DNA of 22,115 bases, from assembly GCA_002269645.1 (NCBI GenBank), contig NIVC01001841.1, positions 1 through 22,115 of the forward strand, read 5' to 3'. A model generated the notes under the pieces. The model did no database searches and was not told the origin of the DNA. It worked only from the letters and a program-made list of their open reading frames with translations. This document shows, in pieces, positions 9,061 to 18,273 of this stretch; positions within the stretch are counted from its first letter, which is position 1, and every line of letters begins with the position of its first letter. The position numbers and the translations under genes were made by a program. The DNA comes from Macrostomum lignano. Lineage: Eukaryota.

Positions 9061-9736
9061 TGCCCCAAGATTAGGAGTTCAGTCCATTCTCAGAGAATGA
9101 GACATCCAGATCTAGGATCCGAGAAATTGCCTTTAGAAGGCAGGAATCCTACCACAGGATAGAGAAGTCTAGACTCAGAGTCTAAGAAACCTGCTTTAGT
9201 GCAGAATACCTAGCAAATAAGCTGTGACCCTCTGATCCCAGGAACACCTAAGACTGAGAGAATAATATCTTTAGAGGAGTATAGGAATAGGATAGACAGT
9301 GCCATTAGACTGCTTAGGCTAAAAAGTATAGACGCTACTAATAAGAGTACATATCATACATGCGCAACAGTCGGCCGAGTCGGCCGATCCGGCCGACTGA
9401 TTTGGTGACCAACCAAGGAAGTCGCAAAAATGCCCACCCGAAAAAATACCTAAGTAGTAGTACTAAGTAGCTGACGAGGCATTTTGGGTTAATAGGACAG
9501 TCATAGTTACTCCTGCCGTTTACCCAAAGTTGCGTTAATTTTGCTTTAGGGTTTTTTTTACATGTAAGTCGCATTTCTGGCCAAAAACTATGTCGCATTT
9601 TTGTTAAAACTAAGTCGCACGGCCGACCGAATTTTGGAGGTTGCGCATGTATGGTACATATGCTACTAATAGAAGTATATATGCTACCAATAGAAATACA
9701 TATACTACCAGTAAAAAGGCTAGTAATAACCAGTAA
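9061..9736 (+). pseudogene. Possible decayed reading frame of unknown product, split by the MITE at 9355-9653
   Basis: One frame of ~120 codons has only two TAG stops once the MITE and one TSD are removed. It includes 21-bp/7-aa repeats (ATNKSTY, ATNRSIY, ATNRNTY) that continue across the insertion. Confidence 0.3.
9355..9653. mobile_element. hAT-type MITE, related 299-bp subfamily
   Basis: Perfect 14-bp TIR CATACATGCGCAAC/GTTGCGCATGTATG and perfect 8-bp TSD GTACATAT (9347-9354 and 9654-9661). Subterminal CGGCCG and GTCGCA motifs are repeated. It shares ACATGTAAGTCGC with copy 2. Confidence 0.92.
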
Positions 9737-9897
9737 GATCAGTAAAAAGAAATAACCCCTGTTACAACTTTGGTGGTTAACCAGTGGGATTATTCATCAA
9801 CTTTGGTGGCATTAGGCCTTAGTAGGATTTCTAAAAAGAGCTAAAAGGCCTGTTATATATACTAAACTTTGTTTTTCTAAAATTGTTTTGGAAAATT

Positions 9898-10600
9898 TGT
9901 TGTGCCCGGGTGCGCTTGCACCGATGAGCAATCTCTGGCTCTCGGTCAAGTGCGCCCGGCATTGCACTCCCACCCTTCCTGGCCGCGTGCCTGCACCACC
10001 CCCCCCATTCTGTTTGTGTCAGCCCCCCCCCATTTCTGCCTGCGCTAACCCCCCCCCCAGTTGTGTATCAGCTCTTATGCTTTGCCCCCTTTTCTTTATG
10101 CGTACCCAGCCGGATTGGCTGGTCTGGCCCCTTCTCCCCCTTTTATTAGCCTTGTCAATTGGTGATTGGCCAATAAGTTGGGTTTTGATAATGCTGTCTA
10201 GCGTGAGACCCTAGGGCTTACTGCGATCCAAATAAATAGAGAATTGCTGGCGGTGGGCAAGGCAAGCACGCTGGTTGACGCCTGACACTAGACCACTCTT
10301 CAGAACCTACAAACTTCAATGGCAAGAATCTCAGTTCTACAAATTTGATGAATTCGCTGCCTTGCCCATCGTCAAGCAGATTGGAAATCAAAGTAAGACC
10401 TGCGCCTGCATTCATTACTCATTTGGGCCTTGTGCGAAGTGGGTACTGTACACCTCAGGGATGGACTGACTACCCTACCTCGACGCGACCCCACGCTCAG
10501 TTACGGAGTCAGTCTGGTCAATGGGCTGACGCCATCTCTAGGCTCGATAACTGCAGAGCGCTCTTAGGGGGCTGTTTCGATCATGTGTAGAGACACAACA
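9898..10600 (+). mobile_element. Probable solo LTR (703 bp)
   Basis: Sharply bounded GC-rich island with inverted termini TGTTGTG...CACAACA and a 4-bp AATT direct repeat on both sides. It contains clustered CCAAT/ATTGG boxes (~10114-10175) followed by AATAAA at 10231-10236. Orientation is inferred from that order. Confidence 0.6.
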
Positions 10601-13600
10601 AATTTCAGTTTCAATTGTGGAAAAAAAGCAAATTTTGATTTTGACATAAAAATCTCTTTTGGAACATTTCTAATAATCCTAAAGCCCAATAAATTAATTT
10701 GACTCTTTTCTAAAGTGCAAATCCCTAGGTTTTCAAAATTTATTCCAACAAGGCCTTTAGTTAGGCCTACTAGAGCCTATAACAAAAAAATTGACTAAAA
10801 TTATATAGGGACCTATCTTAAATTTAATTATTATATCTTAAAACTAGATTCTAAACATAGGGGGCCTAGGCCTAACTATCTTAGTATTAGGCCTAACAAG
10901 AAACCTATATCTAGATTATTAGAGCAAGCCTAGCTTGGATCAAAATCAAAGAACAATAAAAAACTGAATAATTTAGGTTTAACTAGGCCTAGGGCCTAGG
11001 CCTATGAAAATGTGGTTCTGTGGTCTTGTCAAAGATTCAAGAAGCATAGGGGCCTAGGCCTATCTAGGGCTAGGGCTCAAAGTTTGTACTTGTGCACTTG
11101 TATGCCTAAACATTTGAAAATTGTGAAAATTGGGTCTGCCTGCTATCAAAAGCAATAAAAATTCCTGCGCTATAAAACAGAAAACTTCTTATCCTCGTTG
11201 TGCAAGGCTAAGCCTATTTTTTTTACAAAAACCCGCTTGATATTTTTTCCAAGAAACGAGGTTTTTAGATCTTACTTGGGTAGTCCTTGCTACATATATG
11301 AAAGCTGCAGTTCAAACTAGCACCCGTTATCCTAGTCCAAACGACACCAAATGGGCCAAAAATCTGGTTGAAAATGAGTCGAAATGGCAAATCGTTGGTG
11401 TAGGCCTATGTATAGACCATATTGCACTAAAAAAGGACTGGCAAAAATAGAGTGAAGAAATTCTTAGTGCATTAATAAGTCATTTTATTTTACATCACAG
11501 CCAATTGAAGTCAATCAATCACTTGACCGCATTTCAGTGGCCGGTGCCTGGCCACGAACACGAACAGGATAAAAATGTAAAAAGGGGGGACATGATTTTA
11601 TCTGCATTTTAGCAGTTTTAAACGTTACGAGAAACTACGTTAACAGTATAACAGAATTTTGTGTTTAATAGCACCGACAAATTATTTTCTTTTAACGAAG
11701 AAAACTGAGACAACACCTTTCACATGGCTATTTTTTATGCAGTTTCTTAACTTTGAATTAAGATCTAACTTCCCATAATGTCGGACGGAAAGAAACACAA
11801 TTAAGAAAATCTATACAATTCAATTACTTACTATTAATTAATGGTTAAACGTAATCACTATTAATTAAAAATCATGCAACATCTAAACGTGTATTAGCAT
11901 CCTGACTTATGGTCATAATGTATTAGAATGCCTAAGTGCGTATTGGCAGCAGAGATAAACCAAGGTTCTATCCTTTTCAGATGACACGCAGACCTAAAAG
12001 TTAAATAGTTTTAGGCACGGATACCTGTAGTTTTAGGTGGCTTATTAACCACATCTGTGTCAACTAAATGTAGAAAATTTCAGGCTGCAGCAGTTCGTTG
12101 CAGGAATCGGGTTTACGAGCTGGTCAGCTGGTCAGAATAAAATACAAAGGAAAGCTTTCTTAGAGGACACCAACATTTCATTAAATGCTAGGTCGATTCA
12201 CTGTACAATACTACCATATGTAAATACTGTTTTGGTTTATCATCAGTCGTGAAGAGCTTTCCTTTCTCTAAGACTTTTGCCTAAGTAAACATATAAATAA
12301 TTTAAGACGAAAAACCTCAACAAAAGAAAATTCAGCTTCACAAGAGATGGCGAAACGAGTTCAGTTGTAATAAACTTCAAATCAGATCACTAACAAATTC
12401 TTGATACTCGTAGATGTTTTAGGAACTAATTATTTTATTGAAAAAAATCAATCAGTAACCAAGAGTTGAAAAGGTAAAAAAACGTTATTTAACTTTAACT
12501 TGCTTGGGTTATTGAAACAATTGGTAAAGAAAATTCATTTTGCAATAAATAATAAACAAAGACAATCGTATGGAACTGAGAGTCAGATCTCACTAATAAG
12601 ATGCAGATAATTAAAGCCGTCAAAAAAGAGATAAAAAAGCATTCAAGAGAGTTGATTCAATTGTGCACACAAAAAACTAAACAGCAAAAAAGCCAATCAT
12701 AAATTACAATACGTTAGATTCAGTTTTATTCTCAACTTTAACTGCAAAAAACACAGGCTGAAACTAGTAAGGGCGCAACTACAAAAAAGAAAGATTCCAT
12801 TATAGATATTGAAGCTAAATGATGCTTAGAAACCTTCACCGTTTGTTATAAATAATAATTGCACTCCATAGCTGGATGTATTGATATAGTAGCAAAAAAT
12901 AATTATAATTAATTATAATGGAATAGGTAAAAAAAGAACTCGCGCATGCTTTTATTGGCCCAGACTAGTCAATTGTAGCCACTTAGGCCAAAAGCAAATC
13001 AAATTTCTATAAATTCGGTTTATAGAGATTTATAACAAAATCCAAGCATTATTTATTGTTTAATGAAAACTAATTCAATTAATTAAAACATTGAACTCTG
13101 AAGCGACTCTGGGGTGGGCTAGAATCGCCTTGTAGAATAACTGAGTTGCGTCTAAAATGCATCTGTGTCACTTTATGAACTAAAATCTCGCATTTCGCGT
13201 TTATAACTAATCTATTTAGTCTACTTGACTCAGTACAAAGTTAAGCGTTTCAACGACCCTTGGACGGCTGTTTGCGACTCCTACGATTCTGCAACTCACG
13301 TGATGCGATCGTGACTAAAACAGTCGCCTGTCCGTCGCACAACAGTCGTTTGAGTCGTTCAAAAGAATCACCATAGTTACTAAGTGAGTTGTTTACAATG
13401 ACTCTAGCGATTCTTGTCACGGTAACGTTCTCAACGGGTTATTGAGTATCAGAGCCTTACATACTACTGACGGTACTGACCTAGTAGCTCAAAATACCTA
13501 AGACTATGACCAACAAGTGTTCAATTGTAAACAAACTTTACCTGGTTCTTTAACACGTAACTTTCATATTAATTAGTAAGACTAATACAACAAGTCGTAT

Positions 13601-13866
13601 AACAATAAGAACAATACGAAAATACACCAATTTCTCGACTCAAAGCATAATAAGATATGAAAATACTACTCACAGTAGACAACACAACAACGCGCGAACA
13701 CTAGTTTCTCATTCAGGTAGTTAGGAATGAAATTCGGCATAGGGAAAAAAGAAATTGGAATACAACTCCCAAGCACGGTCAAAGCACTAGCCTCAGTGTA
13801 ACAAAAGCAAACTTAGTCCCAAGTCAGTTAGAGCTTCACAAGAAGCGGTTAACTATTGTTTATTAA

Positions 13867-14125
13867 TTAAAACAGGCGTTTCTCGTACGAGTGCAAACTG
13901 TGAACGCCGCCTTCGTACTGCGAACTGGGCGTCCGACGCTCAAATTTCAACTCGCCGCTATACGTCATCGAGCGCAACGAGGACAAAGATTTGGCTCCGA
14001 TGTCCTGGCAACCGTGCTGTAGGCCGGACACCAGGTAAGGGACTAAGCGTAGCACCGAGCCTTTGTCCACTATGTTGCCTGACACGCCTTGGGCCACTTT
14101 CACATTGTCCGTGTCCGAGAAATAC
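13867..14125 (-). CDS. IMPDH: IMP dehydrogenase, last coding exon
   Basis: (R)[16 protein letters not shown]...[17 protein letters not shown] matches the metazoan IMPDH C-terminus. Acceptor CCCAAG at 14127/14126 is phase 2 and compatible with the previous exon. Confidence 0.96.
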
Positions 14126-14259
14126 CTTGGGAGTTTCAGTGGCGACCATTGTCAGTTATTAGATAGTTTGCAGGCTGTAAAGCGGCCCCAACTTTTCTAT
14201 GGACGGTCAGGCATATAAGCCCCATCAGCCTATTTTTTGTGCACAAGCCCCAAATTAAT

Positions 14260-15187
14260 GTCATTAGAAGACGATTCTCATAGTCATTAGGGGACGACTT
14301 TCATAGTCATTAGGGGACGACTTTCATAGTCATTAGGGGACGACTTTCATAGTCATTAGGGAACGATTCTCATAGTCATTAGGGGACGATTCTCATAGTC
14401 ATTAAGGGACGATTCTCATAGTCATTAGGGGACGATTCTCATAGTCATTAGGGGACGACTTTCATAGTCATTAGGGGACGATTCTCATAGTCATTAGGGG
14501 ACGATTCTCATAGTCATTAGAAGACGATTCTCATAGTCATTAGGGGACGACTTTCATAGTCATTAGGGGACGATTCTCATAGTCATTAGAGGACGATTCT
14601 CATAGTCATTAAGGGACGATTCTCATAGTCATTAGGGGAGACGATTCTCATAGTCATTAGGGGACGATTCTCATAGTCATTAGGGGACGATTCTCATAGT
14701 CATTAGAAGACGATTCTCATAGTCATTAGGGGACGACTTTCATAGTCATTAGGGGACGATTCTCATAGTCATTAGGGGACGATTCTCATAGTCATTAGGG
14801 GACGATTCTCATAGTCATTAAGGGACGATTCTCATAGTCATTAGGGGAGACGATTCTCATAGTCATTAGGGGACGATTCTCATAGTCATTAAGGGACGAT
14901 TCTCATAGTCATTAGGGGACGATTCTCATAGTCATTAAGGGACGATTCTCATAGTCATTAGGGGACGGTTCTTAAAGTCACTAGAAGACGATTCTCATAG
15001 TCATTAGGGGACGATTCTTAAAGTCACTAGAAGACGATTCTCACAGTCATTAGGGGACGATTCTCATACTCATTAGGGGAGACGATTCTCATACTCATTA
15101 GGAGACTATTCTCATAGTCATTAGGGGAGACGATTCTCATAGTCATTAGGGGACAATTCTCGAAGACATTAGGGGAAGTCATTAGGG
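14260..15187. repeat. 23-bp intronic minisatellite, about 40 copies (GGGGACGATTCTCATAGTCATTA)
   Basis: Period is 23 (e.g. TAGTC at 14281 and 14304), with recurrent variants including a 25-nt unit. It lies wholly inside IMPDH intron 15230-14126. Confidence 0.98.
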
Positions 15188-15230
15188 AACAATTACGCAA
15201 GCAAACAGGCAGACAGATCCGGAAACCAAC

Positions 15231-15697
15231 CTAACGGCGGCACTCTTGCCAGACTCCATCGCGTCCAGACTGCCCATGCCGCGGTATTTCTTCAACCGGA
15301 CACCGTCAGCAAAGAAGTACTCGCCAGGTGCTTCGGTAGTGCCAGCTAGCATTGAGCCCATCATAACTGTTGAAGCGCCTAGCGATAGAGCCTTCATAAT
15401 ATGCCCAACAGACTGGATGCCGCCGTCAGCTATCACTGGCACAGCGAATCGTCTCGCATATTCGGCCACTTTGTACACGGCTGTAGCCTGAGGCCTGCCA
15501 ACAGCCATGACCTCCTGGGTGATGCAGATACTGCCGGAGCCCATGCCAACGCGGAGGGCGTCAACGCCGGCATCAATGAGGTTCTTGGCTTGGGCGGCTG
15601 TAACTACATTGCCGCCAATCACCTGCAGCTCCGGGTGCTGCGATTTCACATTGCGAATCATGTCAATTTGATAGATGCTGTTGCCTTGGGAACTGTC
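15231..15697 (-). CDS. IMPDH: IMP dehydrogenase, catalytic-core exon
   Basis: [10 protein letters not shown]...[15 protein letters not shown] (catalytic Cys)...PVIADGGI...KKYRGMGS. Acceptor AACAG at 15699/15698 is phase 0 and donor GTTGGT at 15230 is phase 2. Confidence 0.98.
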
Positions 15698-15750
15698 CTG
15701 TTTGGTTTGGGAAAATATGCTGAGCTTATTTATTAAATTTTAGATTTAAT

Positions 15751-16925
15751 CTCTGATGTCTGTGTCCCTTTCCTCTCTGATCCCTGTGTCCAGCTCATCT
15801 CTGATCCATGTGTCCATTTCATCTCTGATGTCTGTGTCCCTTTCCTCTCTGATACCTGTGTCCAGCTCATCTCTGATGTATGTGTCCCTCTCATCTCTGA
15901 TGTCTGTGTCCAGCTCATCTCTGATGTATGTGTCCCTTTTATCTCTGATGTATGTGTCCATTTCATCTCTGATGTCTGTGTCCATTTCATCTCTGATCCC
16001 TGTGTCCATTTCATCTCTGATCCCTGTGTCCATTTCATCTCTGATGTCTGTGTCCATTTCATCTCTGATGTCTGTGTCCATTTCATCTCTGATGTATGTG
16101 TCCATTTCACCTCTGATGTATGTGTCCATTTCATCTCTGATGTATGTGTCCATTTCATCTCTGATGTCTGTGTCCCTCTCATCTCTGATGTCTGTGTCCA
16201 TTTCATCTCTGATGTATGTGTCCATTTCATCTCTGATGTCTGTGTCCCTCTCATCTCTGATGTCTGTGTCCATTTCATCTCTGATGTCTGTGTCCATTTC
16301 ATCTCTGATGTATGTGTCCATTTCATTTCTGATGTATGTGTCCATTTCATCTCTGATGTATGTGTCCATTCATCTCTGATGTATGTGTCCATTTCATCTC
16401 TGATGTATGTGTCCATTTCATCTCTGATGTATGTGTCCATTTCATCTCTGATGTATGTGTCCATTTCATCTCGGATGTCTGTGTCCATTTCATCTCTGAT
16501 GTATATGTCCATTTCATCTCTGATCTGTGTCCATTTCATCTCTGATGTCTGTGTCCATTTCATCTCTGATCCCTGTGTCCATTTCATCTCTGATGTCTGT
16601 GTCCATTTCATCTCTGATCCCTGTGTCCATTTCATCTCTGATGTATGTGTCCATTTCATCTCTGATGTCTGTGTCCCTCTCATCTCTGATGTCTGTGTCC
16701 CTTTCCTCTCTGATCCCTGTGTCCAGCTCATCTCTGATGTCTGTGTCCTTCTCATCTCTGATGTCTGTGTCCATTTCATCTCTGATGTCTGTGTCCATTT
16801 CATCTCTCTGATGTCTGTGTCCTTCTCATCTCTGATGTCTGTGTCCATTTCATCTCTGATGTCTGTGTCCATTTCATCTCTCTGATGTCTGTGTCCATTT
16901 CATCTCTGATGTCTGTGTCCATTTC
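15751..16925. repeat. 24-bp intronic minisatellite, about 49 copies (CTCTGATGTCTGTGTCCATTTCAT)
   Basis: Period is 24 with a few recurrent variants. It fills IMPDH intron 16996-15698 and explains the repetitive ORFs in the track. Confidence 0.98.
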
Positions 16926-16996
16926 ATTCCTTTCCATTTCAGTGAACCAATGAAAAGCATAAATTCAGGCAGAAAATCTAGTCATATTTTAATTAC

Positions 16997-17093
16997 CAAA
17001 ACGATAGCATCGACTCCGGCCTGTAGCAGTCCTTCCAGCCTCGTGTAATCTTCAGCATGGGTGCTGAGAGCGGCGGCAACCAGCAGCTGACGC
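16997..17093 (-). CDS. IMPDH: IMP dehydrogenase exon
   Basis: (K)RQLLVAAALSTHAEDYTRLEGLLQAGVDAIVL. Acceptor TCTAG at 17095/17094 and donor GTAATT at 16996. Not in the ORF track, but the phases (2 in, 0 out) fit both neighbours. Confidence 0.93.
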
Positions 17094-17273
17094 CTAGATA
17101 AAAAATTGATTAATATTTGAAAACTTTGGACAAAAATACTTCTCAATTAATTAGCCCTAATGAAATGATTTGCGCAGAGACAAATAAGACCTCGACATAT
17201 TTTTACTAATCACGGTTGGTGATTTGTAGATAAGCATCTATTCCCGATAAAAATATCATAGTAAAATACTCAC

Positions 17274-17376
17274 TTATCGTCCTTGCTAGATAGCGGATAT
17301 TCGCGATTTTTTTTCAAATCGGTGCGAGCAATCAAAGCAACAAGGTCGCCGCTATCGTTCACGATTGGTAATTTGC
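17274..17376 (-). CDS. IMPDH: IMP dehydrogenase exon (second CBS repeat)
   Basis: (G)[33 protein letters not shown]. Acceptor GCCAG at 17378/17377 and donor GTGAGT at 17273. Phases are 1 in, 2 out. Confidence 0.95.
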
Positions 17377-17409
17377 CTGGCGGAAAAATGTTTAAGAAAA
17401 AAATCAGTA

Positions 17410-17709
17410 ATCTATATAGATTATTCCCTAATGGGCAGATGTGCAACCGACAGCTCAGCCGCAGCTATTGTGCGGCGCATCTGAAGGCTGCGTACGGCTG
17501 TTCAGTCCAGGGACTGGGGGGAGGGGTCCCACATACTCTCAATTACCCCAGCTAATGCTGGCACCCATTTTACAGCTGGGTGAACTGAAGCAATGCACAA
17601 AGTTAAGTGTCTTGCTCAAGGACACAAACTCTTCAGAGTGGGTCGGGAAACGAACCCCCGACCTTTCCGTCGTGAGTCCGACGCTCTAAACCACTAGTAG
17701 ACTGCAACC
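17410..17709 (-). mobile_element. tRNA-derived CORE-type SINE in an IMPDH intron
   Basis: The minus strand has Pol III box A-like TAGTGGTTTAGAGC (17696-17683) and box B-like GGTTCGTTTCC (17656-17646). These are followed by TGTGTCCTTGAGCAAGACACTTAAC...CTGTAAAATGGG (17626-17564), which matches the MIR/CORE consensus as I recall it. The 3' boundary is approximate. Confidence 0.82.
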
Positions 17710-17752
17710 AGTTTTAGAGAAGGTTGCCAATTTGAAGACAACTTTTACTCAC

Positions 17753-18273
17753 CTTTTTTACTTTTCTGCAGCACATCGTGAGCCTGGCTAAGTGTGACGC
17801 CAGCCGGAGCAGTGATCAGCTCGCTCAGCGGGGTCATGACCTCACGTATAGGAGTGCTGTACTGGGACTCGCCAAGAAAGTCGATATCGCGAAAGGTGAC
17901 CAGGCCAACCAGTTTGCCCCCCATTTTGCCGCTGTCGGTGATTGGAATGCCGGAGAAGCCCTGGTCGGATTTGATTCGCAGCACATCCGCTACTATATTA
18001 GTTGGCGACATCACGTAGGGATCAACTATAAAGCCTTGCTCATATTTTTTCACTTTTCGGATTTCATTAGCTTGATAGTCGGCCGTACAGTTGTGATGCA
18101 CTATGCCAATACCGCCAGCTAGTGCCATGGCTATGGCCATTGTGCTCTCCGTCACTGTGTCCATTGGGGACGAGATAAGCGGCGTTTTCATTGTTAGTTT
18201 TCTAGTCAGCGGCGAGGTTAAGTCTACCTCGGAGGCTGGGAAATCGATGAAGCCGGGTAGGATGATGAAGTCG
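17753..18273 (-). CDS. IMPDH: IMP dehydrogenase, first exon visible in the window (N-terminal barrel strand plus CBS domain)
   Basis: (N)[42 protein letters not shown]...[10 protein letters not shown]...SKK(G). Acceptor with pyrimidine tract ...AACGCAG at 18275/18274 and donor GTGAGT at 17752. The five exons total 1447 nt with no internal stop. Confidence 0.97.

Noticed and set aside
9960-9970. CATTGCACT as a miR-25/92 family member
   Set aside because: Only the seed-length match is present; the following bases differ and it falls outside the hairpin arm.
10236-10590. Protein-like frames (PLFRTYKLQWQESQFYKFDEF...) as an exon
   Set aside because: No recognisable domain or clear splice sites; the region is better explained as the interior of the LTR candidate.
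13444-13457. GTATCAGAGCC as a tRNA-iMet primer-binding site
   Set aside because: It lacks the leading TGG, has no adjacent LTR end, and matches the plant rather than the animal initiator tRNA; probably chance.
13859-13864. AATAAA three bases after the IMPDH stop as the poly(A) signal
   Set aside because: Plausible but not distinguishable from chance in AT-rich DNA without transcript data.
15246-15736. Plus-strand ORFs opposite IMPDH exons (also 17283-17555, 17778-18122, 17794-18018)
   Set aside because: Antisense shadows of conserved coding sequence.
15733-16885. Repetitive ORFs (MDTDIRDE, MKWTQTSE, MSVSISSL) as real genes
   Set aside because: They are a by-product of a 24-bp period lacking stops and lie inside an intron whose removal restores IMPDH perfectly.
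14260-16925. Possible CRISPR arrays (also the array at 21-461)
   Set aside because: Units abut directly with no unique spacers, there are no cas genes, and the context is a eukaryotic intron.
17640-17709. tRNA gene
   Set aside because: A and B boxes are present, but there is no complete acceptor stem and the sequence runs straight into a CORE domain, so it is a SINE head.
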